Source of the DNA: Verrucomicrobiota bacterium
GTDB taxonomy: Bacteria > Verrucomicrobiota > Verrucomicrobiia > Chthoniobacterales > UBA6821
Length of the DNA: 64,000 nt
Assembly: GCA_021413925.1 (NCBI GenBank)
Contig: JAIOPL010000002.1
Coordinates: 9,655-73,654 of the forward strand
Reading direction: 5' to 3'
The notes under the pieces were generated by a model. That model saw only the letters and a list, made by a program, of their open reading frames with translations, was not told the origin of the DNA and made no database searches. The position numbers and the translations under genes were made by a program. This document shows positions 31,883-40,013 of the stretch, in pieces; the first letter of the stretch is position 1; the number at the start of each line of letters is the position of its first letter.

Positions 31883-32121
31883 AGCTTCCCCGCGATATCC
31901 TTGGATCTGAGCTGGTCAAGGCACTGAAGGTCATGGGATACGCAGTGGTCCGACAGAGGGGTTCGCATATCAGTATTGCTACTGAGGTTAATGGTCCCAA
32001 CAAGGAAGTCATCCCAAACCATCGCCCCATCAAGACCGGAACCCTTTCTGGAATCTTAAAAAGTATTTCAGCCCATCACGGATTGACCATGGATGAATTG
32101 TTGGGGAAGTTGGATCTCTAG
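31879..32121 (+). CDS. hicA: HicA-family mRNA interferase toxin
   Basis: Translation 'LVKALKVMGYAVVRQRGSHISI...IPNHRPIKTGTLSGILKSI'. Confidence 0.85.
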   Translation: MKLPRDILGSELVKALKVMGYAVVRQRGSHISIATEVNGPNKEVIPNHRPIKTGTLSGILKSISAHHGLTMDELLGKLDL

Positions 32122-32195
32122 TTTGGTGGATCCTCACTGATTTAAGCGGGCAGGCAGGGAGCTCACGCAGAACAAGGAACAAAGAAGGATATTCA

Positions 32196-32723
32196 CCACA
32201 ACGCCGAGTGCCGGGGGGCACGGTGTAGCCTATGCGCCGACGCAGAGCCCGGAGGGTTCAGATCCTGGGAGCGATCGAAGCAAAGGGGATCCAAGTGGGT
32301 TCCAAGTTGGGGAAAAGCTGAAAAGCTGAAAAATCTGAAAGTGAAAACCATTCGTCCGAAGACCTGGAATGGGTTCCGTCAGGACGGAGCTGGGTTGCTG
32401 AGCTGATGCGCTCTCGCAAGTACGCTTGCAGAGACGCTTATCCCGCAACCGCCCCGCAGCGCTGGCGGCACTGCGTCCATGCCCTTGCCCGGGCAGGGTG
32501 CCTCAGGACTATTCAGTTCCCTTTGCCGGTCCTTGGCTGCCTCCTTTGCCGATCTCGTTCCCACGAGCATCGTCCTACGGACTGCTTGAACGTCACTTTG
32601 CTCCCGCAAAGCAGTGCCGTCCCGTCGGGATCCCTCCTTTGGAGGGCTTCTCCCGCGCCCCCCCCCCCCCGGAGGCTTGGTTCGCAGGCTACTCCGTGCC
32701 CAGCCGGGCACTCGGCGTTGTGG
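32196..32723. repeat. 528-bp MITE-like unit bounded by 17-bp perfect terminal inverted repeats
   Basis: The left repeat ccacaacgccgagtgcc (32196-32212) is the reverse complement of ggcactcggcgttgtgg (32707-32723). The interior holds a CTGAAAAG word array, the motif cactttgctcccgcaaagcagtg and a C13 tract. Confidence 0.75.
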
Positions 32724-32890
32724 TAAAACTGCAGTCTGCAGCCCTTCAACGCCTTCCCACTTTCGTACCTTTCACTTTTAACCAGCGTCGCGCTCTTCCC
32801 ATCTTCTCGGGTCGATCCCGTTATGCTCGCCGTCCAATCATCCAAGGAAGCAAGTTGACATCATATCAATTCCGATGGAGATTATCCATC

Positions 32891-33124
32891 ATGATCAAGA
32901 CGCAGATCCAGCTGCCCGACGCCCTTTACAGGCAACTTAAGAACCTAGCCTCCGACAGGGAGTGGTCCCTAGCCGAGACGCTACGCCGCTCTGCGGAGAT
33001 GTTCTTGGCAACCCAGCCGGCGTCTGGAAAGCGGCTCGGTGCTTGGAAACTTCCCGCGGCCCGGCATGGAGGTGCTTTCCTTTCTCCAGAAACAGAATGG
33101 ACAGAGTTGGCTCACGGTGAGTAA
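32891..33124 (+). CDS. Ribbon-helix-helix antitoxin (VapB-like)
   Basis: N-terminal beta-strand/helix pattern 'MIKTQIQLPDALYRQLKNLA', located immediately upstream of a PIN gene. Confidence 0.7.
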   Translation: MIKTQIQLPDALYRQLKNLASDREWSLAETLRRSAEMFLATQPASGKRLGAWKLPAARHGGAFLSPETEWTELAHGE

Positions 33125-33145
33125 CCCCATGCCGCCTGACCGCTC

Positions 33146-33580
33146 ATGATTTCCTTCGACACAAATATCCTAGTCCACGCCTCCAACCTCGACTCTGCAG
33201 AGAACACCGCGGCTAGGGATTTCCTAGAGTCGCTTGCAGAACGCGAGGATGTGGTGGTTTGCGAGCTGATGCTCGTGGAGACCTACCTCAAGCTCCGCAA
33301 CTCCCGGATCATGCAAAACCCGTATGCTGCCGAGGAGGCCGGGGCATTCTGCCAAGCTCTCCGCTCCAATCCAAACTGGACTCTCGTCGAGAACGCTCCC
33401 GTCATGGGCGAGGTATGGGCCATGGCGAGCGGGCGCGACTTCGCGATTCGGCGCATCATCGACGCCCGTCTTGCCATGACCCTACGGCACTTCGGGGTGA
33501 GTGAATTCGCTACCGCCAACGGCAAGGACTTTGAGGGATTCGGCTTCACGCGGGTCTGGAACCCGCTTCAGAACGTCTAG
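33146..33580 (+). CDS. vapC: PIN-domain ribonuclease toxin (VapC family)
   Basis: N-terminus 'MISFDTNILVHA' carries the first acidic PIN residue. The 144-aa size is typical. Confidence 0.85.
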   Translation: MISFDTNILVHASNLDSAENTAARDFLESLAEREDVVVCELMLVETYLKLRNSRIMQNPYAAEEAGAFCQALRSNPNWTLVENAPVMGEVWAMASGRDFAIRRIIDARLAMTLRHFGVSEFATANGKDFEGFGFTRVWNPLQNV

Positions 33581-33742
33581 GGAGCAATCCCTTCTGCGTT
33601 TCCTTGCGTCCCTCGACGCTCGACCTTGCTTGCCCGGCCTCGGCCTATCGGCCTGCGTTACGGCGTCACTCGACTTCCCCTTCAGCCTTCTCTTCTGTTC
33701 TTTGCGGTTGAAATATAACCACGCTATGGTTAATTATCAGCC

Positions 33743-34969
33743 ATGATTACTCGGGCGCTTCTTCCAATCCTAGAGCAAAGCCTTCGGGAAGATCCTATTG
33801 TTTTTCTTAAAGGTCCTCGCCAAGCGGGGAAATCCACCCTCGTTCAACATCTCCAGGGGAACAGGACTTACATGACCATGGACGACTTGGTGGTACTTTC
33901 CGCAGCTCAGAGTGATCCCCAGGGATTTGTCGAGGGATTGCCTGATCAGATCACGATCGACGAGGTACAGAGAGTGCCCGGCATTTTCCTCCCCATCAAG
34001 CGGGCCGTTGATCGCGAGCGCAAGCCCGGACGTTTTCTCTTGACCGGATCGGCCGAAATCACGGCCCTTCCCCACGTTGCTGACACCTTGGCGGGCCGTA
34101 TGAGGACATTGACCCTGCTTCCGCTCTCCCGGAGCGAGATCGCTGGAGCGAGTATGGATATGATAGGGAGATTCTTTGGCCCAGAGCCATGGATGCCCTC
34201 AGGTTCCGCCAAGAGTCACGCCCAACTTGCCGATCTCATCGTGCGTGGCGGATATCCTGAAGCCATTGCACGTCCATCCCATGAGGCCGCGCGCCGGTGG
34301 CTTCGCTCTTATGTGCAGACGATCATCGAGCGCGACCTACTTGAGGTGAGTCGTGTGGAGAACGTCAGTCAGGTCTTCCGCCTGCTCACGCTCCTGGCTG
34401 GACGGACAGCAACCCTGCTCAACGTTTCCGATCTCTCCAGGGTACTGGCAGCCCCACAGACATCGATCAAGCGCTATCTGGCATTGCTGGAAGCGGTCTT
34501 TCTGACCGATTGTCTTCCTGCCTGGTCGGGTGGTGCGACGGCAAGGCTGGCGCGTCAGCAGAAAATCTTCCTGACAGACACAGGTATTGCTTCCGTCCTT
34601 GCCGGAGTGGACGAGACAGCTTTGGTTGCCAATCCCGTCCTGCTCGGCCAGATGATTGAGACCCTGGTCATCGGCGAAGTCTCGAAGGCGGCCGGATGGG
34701 CAGGGAAACCGGTCAGGCTTTACCATTACCGCTCTCACGACCAGAACGAAGTGGATCTTGTGATCGAAGGCGAGGACGGCAGGATTTGCGGCATCGAGAT
34801 CAAACTCTCCGGGGGGGTTGATGGATCTCACTTCAAAGGACTCCGGCATCTCAAACAGGTCGCAGGGAAGCGTTTCCATCACGGCTACCTCGTATACGCA
34901 GGCTCCTCGGCGGTGGGCTTTGAGGAGAGATTGTCAACCCTTCCCCTCTCAGCCCTATTGGGTGGGTAG
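33743..34969 (+). CDS. AAA+ ATPase fused to DUF4143 / PD-(D/E)xK-like nuclease domain (COG1373-type)
   Basis: Walker A 'GPRQAGKST', Walker B 'ITIDEVQ' and C-terminal 'NEVDLVIE....GIEIK'. Confidence 0.85.
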   Translation: MITRALLPILEQSLREDPIVFLKGPRQAGKSTLVQHLQGNRTYMTMDDLVVLSAAQSDPQGFVEGLPDQITIDEVQRVPGIFLPIKRAVDRERKPGRFLLTGSAEITALPHVADTLAGRMRTLTLLPLSRSEIAGASMDMIGRFFGPEPWMPSGSAKSHAQLADLIVRGGYPEAIARPSHEAARRWLRSYVQTIIERDLLEVSRVENVSQVFRLLTLLAGRTATLLNVSDLSRVLAAPQTSIKRYLALLEAVFLTDCLPAWSGGATARLARQQKIFLTDTGIASVLAGVDETALVANPVLLGQMIETLVIGEVSKAAGWAGKPVRLYHYRSHDQNEVDLVIEGEDGRICGIEIKLSGGVDGSHFKGLRHLKQVAGKRFHHGYLVYAGSSAVGFEERLSTLPLSALLGG

Positions 34970-35074
34970 CTTCCGCTCCCTAGGCGCTCCTTCCCAGGAG
35001 CTTGGTTCAGGTTCCCTCGACGCTCGACCTTCGTCCCTCGACTTCCCCTTCAACCGTTCTGTCCCCTGTCTTCC

Positions 35075-35278
35075 ATCTACCGCGCCGCAGGCGCTCCCTT
35101 CGGCACCTTCCCACGTTCGTACCTTTCACTTTTCACCAGCGTCTCGCTCTCCCCAAACTTCTATCTACCATCTCCTATCTACCGCGCCGCAGGCGCTCCC
35201 TTCGGCACCTTCCCACGTTCGTACCTTTCACTTTTCACCAGCATCTCGCTCTCCCCAAACTTCTATCCACCATCTCCA
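35075..35278 (+). repeat. 102-bp unit in two tandem copies
   Basis: Units 35075-35176 and 35177-35278 differ at 2 positions by hand alignment. The unit holds ctaccgcgccgcaggcgctcccttcgg and ccttcccacgttcgtacctttcacttttcaccagc. Confidence 0.9.
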
Positions 35279-35339
35279 ACTAGTGAAACCCGTCGCGCAT
35301 AAACTTGCAAAACAGAAGTCTGTCCTCTAATTTGCAAAA

Positions 35340-36488
35340 ATGAACTGGAAACGACTTGCACAGCAGAGGCTTATCAAGCTCGCATCCAACTTTCCGGCGA
35401 TCGTTGTCTTGGGATCGCGTCAGGTAGGGAAAACCACCTTGGTCAGAGAAGTATTTAGTCATGCACTCTATCGGGATCTTGAGTCGCCCCTCGTGAGAGA
35501 GAGGTATTCCGCGGATCCGGCGCACGAGCTCTCCATGCTCGGGGAGATGACCATCCTGGACGAGGCGCAGAGTGTGCCGGAGATCTTTGCCGCGCTTCGA
35601 GGGGAGATCGACGCGAGAAGGGGGGATGGAAAGTGCCACTTCTGCATCCTCGGGTCTGCACAGCCCGCGCTGGTGCGGGGGATTTCCGAGTCACTGGCTG
35701 GCCGCGTTGGCATCATCGATCTCGATCCTCTGACCCCATGTGAGACCGGGTTGGCTACGTCCGAACATTGGATCAAGGGAGGCTTTCCCGAGGCCGTGCG
35801 AGGTGACTTCCGAGGCTGGTGGGAACCTTATCTGCAGGCGGTTCTTCAGCGTGATTTGGCGGCCTACGGCTATCGACCTGATGCTTTTTTTCTCAGGCGT
35901 TTACTGACCATGATGGCTGGTCAGCAGGGGGGATTGTTGAATCTCTCCGCCTTGGGAAACTCCCTCGGCGTCAGCTACCATACCGTCAAGCATGGCCTTG
36001 ATTTGTTAGAAGGGGTTTTTCTCATCCGGAGATTGCCACCCTATTTCCGGAACATAGGGAAGCGCCTCGTGAAATCCCCCCGTGTTTACATCCGCGACAC
36101 CGGCCTCTTGCACCATCTGCTGAATATCGGGACCCCGGAGCAGCTGGATGTCCATCCGGCACGGGGAGCCAGCTGGGAGGGCTTTGTTATGGAGGATGTG
36201 ATCCGACGTGAACGGCTCGTTCGACCCCATACCCAGTTCTCATTCTGGAGAACGGCAACGGGGCAGGAAGCGGATCTCGTCATGGATAGAGGAGGGGAAC
36301 TCATCCCGATCGAGATCAAGGCCAACAGCGGCACCAACCCGCATGATGCTAGACGACTGGAGGGAGTGCTTGATGACTTGGGGGCAAGCCGGGGGTACAT
36401 CCTTGGGATGGGGGCGCCAGCGGAGCAACTTACTGCCAGGGTCTCCAACCAATCCCTGGATCTTGATCCCTGCTGGCTCCCCGGGTGA
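35340..36488 (+). CDS. AAA+ ATPase fused to DUF4143 / PD-(D/E)xK-like nuclease domain, paralogue
   Basis: Walker A 'GSRQVGKTT', Walker B 'MTILDEAQ' and C-terminal 'QEADLVMD....PIEIK'. Confidence 0.85.
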   Translation: MNWKRLAQQRLIKLASNFPAIVVLGSRQVGKTTLVREVFSHALYRDLESPLVRERYSADPAHELSMLGEMTILDEAQSVPEIFAALRGEIDARRGDGKCHFCILGSAQPALVRGISESLAGRVGIIDLDPLTPCETGLATSEHWIKGGFPEAVRGDFRGWWEPYLQAVLQRDLAAYGYRPDAFFLRRLLTMMAGQQGGLLNLSALGNSLGVSYHTVKHGLDLLEGVFLIRRLPPYFRNIGKRLVKSPRVYIRDTGLLHHLLNIGTPEQLDVHPARGASWEGFVMEDVIRRERLVRPHTQFSFWRTATGQEADLVMDRGGELIPIEIKANSGTNPHDARRLEGVLDDLGASRGYILGMGAPAEQLTARVSNQSLDLDPCWLPG

Positions 36489-36679
36489 TCCCCGTCAGCG
36501 TCTCCAGTCTCTTCCGAAACTTCGATCTCCCTCAGGCCGATTCTTGTCAACTGGTCAGTTTTTTAGAATTTCAGCGTGTCTGCGTGTCAGCCTTTCAAAC
36601 TGCCCTCGACGCTCGACACTTCGTTCCTCGACTTCCCCTTCAGCCCTTCCGCACCTTCCCACTTTCGTACCTTTCACTT

Positions 36680-36865
36680 TTAACCAGCGTCGCGCTCTTC
36701 CCATCTTCTCGGGTCAATCCAGCCGCCATCCCTGGCAAAGTTACGAATGCTCCCATCATCGGATTTTAGAAAACCTGCATCCCTCACCGCGGTCGCTGAG
36801 TATCCCTTTTCCCCGAGCCAGCGTGCCAGTGCGGGCGGCAACTGCGCATCCACCAGGAAGCGCAT
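36680..36865 (-). pseudogene. DUF5615 (PIN-like) toxin-type gene truncated by a repeat module
   Basis: 'MRFLVDAQLPPALARWLGEKGY..' matches only the first half of the family as I recall it. The last ~13 codons and the stop are encoded by the repeat module that also occurs at 32771-32815. Confidence 0.65.
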
Positions 36866-36868
36866 CGG

Positions 36869-37093
36869 TCAGGCAGCCGTCAGGACAGGGTGATCGGTGT
36901 ACCGGGCGGCATAGGCGATCGCCGCACGGATATCCTCGGCCTCAAGATCAGGGAAGTCCTTCAGAATCTCCTCTTGCGAGGCTCCATCAGCCAACATTTC
37001 GAGCACATCCTTGACGCGAATACGCATACCCCTGATGCAAGGGCGTCCCCCGCACTGGGCCGGATCCACAGTAACTCGGTCAACGCATTGCAC
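36869..37093 (-). CDS. DUF433 antitoxin-like protein
   Basis: Translation 'VTVDPAQCGGRPCIRGMRIRVKDVLEMLADGASQEEILKDFPDLEAEDIRAAIAYA'. Confidence 0.8.
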   Translation of the reverse strand: MQCVDRVTVDPAQCGGRPCIRGMRIRVKDVLEMLADGASQEEILKDFPDLEAEDIRAAIAYAARYTDHPVLTAA

Positions 37094-37792
37094 GATTCAT
37101 TCATACTCCCAGATCCAACCCCCGTCAACGCCTGGTTCAGGTTCCCGAGACTTCCCCTTCAACCGTTCTGTCACCCTGTCTCCCATCTACCGCGCCCCAG
37201 GCGCTCCCTTCGCCCGTCCTTGGCTGTTTCCTTGGTGGAAAAATGCAACCTGCAACCCTTCTGCTCTCTAGAAGCTCCCTCCCAGAAGCTTGGTTCAGGT
37301 TCCCTCGACCCTCGACACTTCGTCCCTCGACTTCCCCTTCAGCCCTTCAACACCTTCCCACTTTCGTACCTTTCACTTTTAACCAGCGTCGTGCTCCCCC
37401 CAACTTCTATCTTCTATCTACCATCTACGACGGTGCAACCCCTTCTACCTCAGAATCTTCCATCTCCAATCTGCCATCCCCCGCGCCACAGGCGCTTCCT
37501 TCCAACTTTCACACCATTTACTTTTTACCAGCGCCCCTTCTAGGGGGGGGCGAATGTTACAAACTTGTTACAATAGAGATGATGACGTTTTTCATGGGTG
37601 CTGGCATTCTCTCGACAGTTCAGAAAACCAAACCTCGAACCGATCACCCGCAAACCCTGATTTCATAAGCCTCCGAAGCCCGTAAGGGTAAAGGCGCCAC
37701 CCAGATTCAAAAACAAAATTTCTCCGAGCAGTCAAAAACCAAACAACGTCAGACAAAAACTCAGTCCAAACTCAGAAAATAAACAAAAACCC

Positions 37793-39133
37793 ATGAAACA
37801 CACCAAATCAATCCTGATGGCGGCCGTAGCCGCTCTCTCGATCGCCTCCGCCTCCGCGCAGAGCGTGATCTACGTCACGGGTGCCACGGCATTCCGCAAA
37901 GCCGCCAACAAAAACCTCTACGCCCTCTTTGGCGACAAATTGTATGCCTCTTCCGGTGCTGCAACCAACACAGACAGCGCCGTCGGTCTCTACTTCACCA
38001 ACTGCGTTCTGAGTAACAATGCCGTTGTTGACATTGCCGTGACCTGGACCGGTTCCGAGGGTGGAATCCAGCAGGTGGCATCGGGTACCAACAACAAGCG
38101 TGTTCCTTATTTCGACAAGGCTAAGATTGAGACGGTTCTAGGTACAAACACCACCATGGCCCAGCGCCTTGGCCTGACTCCACCGGATACTACCTCATTC
38201 GCCATCGGAACCTACACGACCCTTCAAAAGGGCCTTGTCGGCTTCATGGACACCTACCCAGGTTCATCACGCTTCAAGCCGAATGTCAAAGCAAGTGACG
38301 GAATTGCATATAAGGACTTATCTCTCACGCAGATTGGAGTTGTTCCTTACACCTACATTGCCAGCAAGGGATTTGCCAGCGCTTTCCCTCAGAGGGATAT
38401 TACAACAGGTAATGCACAGCAGTTGTTAGAGTCGGGTAGTTTAACGGGAAACCTTATAACGGGAAATGATGCCGATTATGATACTATTGTATGGAGCATG
38501 GGTCGTAACATCGACTCAGGATCCCGTGTGATCAACCACGCCGTGAACAAGTATGGGACGCTGACGACCGTGCTTCAGTGGAAAGTCACCGCTTCCGGTG
38601 GTAATGTGACCATGATTGAAAAACACCCTGCAACAACTCTGCTGGGCATCGGGGTGGCGCTTGGAAATAATGGTGAGTCTACCGGAAGCGCGATGTGTGG
38701 GTTCATGACGAACTCCATCCCCAGTGGTTTCGCAAATGTAGTTTCTGATACAGGTGAGGTGGCAGGTTCCACTGGGAACTTCCTGATCGGCTACTCTTCT
38801 GTCGCTGACACGCTTCCCTTTGTTGTAAATGGCCTTGTTCCCCTGAAGTATAATGGAGTTGAGGGACGTTGCTACAGCCAGACCAATGCAACCACGCTCG
38901 ATGCTGGATACACCAACATCATCACAGGGAAGTATCCTTACTGGGGATATGAGTTCATTGGTTATGATGCTACATTGACCGGTAACGCCAATGTTCCTGT
39001 ACTCGTGAACCAGCTTGCAACCAGAATCAAATCACTCACTGCAACCAATGGTGATCTAGCTCCTAACATTCCCATTGGAGACATGAAAGTTCTCCGCAGC
39101 GAGGATGGAGGAAAACAGATTTACAATTATTAA
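37793..39133 (+). CDS. Secreted protein of unknown function (weak periplasmic-binding-protein-like N-terminus)
   Basis: Signal peptide 'AALSIASASA'. Segments 'VIYVTGATAFRKAA' and 'TWTGSEGGIQQVASG' faintly recall PstS-type PBP motifs. It is the first gene of the PEP-CTERM operon. Confidence 0.5.
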   Translation: MKHTKSILMAAVAALSIASASAQSVIYVTGATAFRKAANKNLYALFGDKLYASSGAATNTDSAVGLYFTNCVLSNNAVVDIAVTWTGSEGGIQQVASGTNNKRVPYFDKAKIETVLGTNTTMAQRLGLTPPDTTSFAIGTYTTLQKGLVGFMDTYPGSSRFKPNVKASDGIAYKDLSLTQIGVVPYTYIASKGFASAFPQRDITTGNAQQLLESGSLTGNLITGNDADYDTIVWSMGRNIDSGSRVINHAVNKYGTLTTVLQWKVTASGGNVTMIEKHPATTLLGIGVALGNNGESTGSAMCGFMTNSIPSGFANVVSDTGEVAGSTGNFLIGYSSVADTLPFVVNGLVPLKYNGVEGRCYSQTNATTLDAGYTNIITGKYPYWGYEFIGYDATLTGNANVPVLVNQLATRIKSLTATNGDLAPNIPIGDMKVLRSEDGGKQIYNY

Positions 39134-39163
39134 TTAGTTGAATAATATCAATAGTCTAAGAAT

Positions 39164-39919
39164 ATGAAAAAAACTCTTCTCGCGCTAACCTTTGCGATGA
39201 GTGTGGCGGCCTCTCAGGCCGCCACCTACAATATCGGCGACAGTAGTAACCTTTATCTCGGATTCTATTCGGCGGCTTCGGTCTCTCCTAAGAGTCTGCT
39301 GATCAACCTGGGAACCCGTGCAAACATTCTTTCCGGTTTCAATCTCGACTTCAGCAGTGCCAGTTCCATCATATCTCAGACCTATGGGGCAAGCTGGTTC
39401 TCGAGTGCTGATGTCTACTGGAGTGTGATCGGTTACAACGCAAACACCAATGTCTGGGTGGGTAAAGCTGATGCCGCGGGCGATCTGCTTACTGCAAGTG
39501 GAACAAGAATCACCGCATCCGGATCCGGAAACCAATACAGCTCCATTGTTAGCGCAGTCAACAACTTGATGACAACGTCGACTAATGGAACAGCGACATA
39601 CGCTAACATTACAAGCGGGGATAACACCCATCAAGCTTCTGTGGTGGATAACTCTGAATCCTCGTTCAACGGATATGCTGGGAAGGCATCTCCCTGGGGA
39701 GCGTTCACTACGTCGGTCCAGACCCCGCTTGCTACGGGAGGGCTTGATATCCAGGAATGGACCAAGGTTGGCACATCTTACACTAACCAGAGCACCATTG
39801 GTATGGTCACCCAGAGCGGCGGGGTGATCACGGTCGTTCCTGAACCGAGCACCTATGCCCTGATGGGCGTGGGGGCACTGCTTCTGATCGTGGCCTATCG
39901 GCGCAAAACCGAGGCCTGA
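39164..39919 (+). CDS. Small PEP-CTERM-anchored surface protein
   Basis: Signal peptide followed by a ~210-aa domain, then 'VPEPSTYALMGVGALLLIVAYRRK'. Confidence 0.85.
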   Translation: MKKTLLALTFAMSVAASQAATYNIGDSSNLYLGFYSAASVSPKSLLINLGTRANILSGFNLDFSSASSIISQTYGASWFSSADVYWSVIGYNANTNVWVGKADAAGDLLTASGTRITASGSGNQYSSIVSAVNNLMTTSTNGTATYANITSGDNTHQASVVDNSESSFNGYAGKASPWGAFTTSVQTPLATGGLDIQEWTKVGTSYTNQSTIGMVTQSGGVITVVPEPSTYALMGVGALLLIVAYRRKTEA

Positions 39920-39943
39920 TCAGAATCCGTAATTTATCGCATG

Positions 39944-39975
39944 AAGGTGGAAGCCTAACGGCTTCCACCTTTTTG
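39944..39975 (+). terminator. Intrinsic terminator/attenuator between the small and giant PEP-CTERM genes
   Basis: 12-bp perfect stem aaggtggaagcc/ggcttccacctt with loop taac, followed by a T run. Confidence 0.75.
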
Positions 39976-40013
39976 TGCACTCTGAAAGTTCACAGATCAA
40001 TATCCATCCGCAA

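Noticed and set aside
34818-37668. ORFs 34818-35330, 35002-35283, 36208-37014, 36485-36769, 36890-37543, 37011-37271 and 37243-37668, which encode P/S/L/F-rich peptides.
   Set aside because: They are read-throughs of the pyrimidine-rich repeat modules, and the same peptides recur because the DNA repeats. They have no start context and no domains.
31257-37792. Repeat-separated TA cassettes considered as an integron or CALIN array.
   Set aside because: There is no IntI-type integrase. The repeats are not imperfect palindromes with R''/L''-L'/R' (RYYYAAC..GTTRRRY) organisation. One cassette is on the opposite strand with repeat modules still in + orientation.
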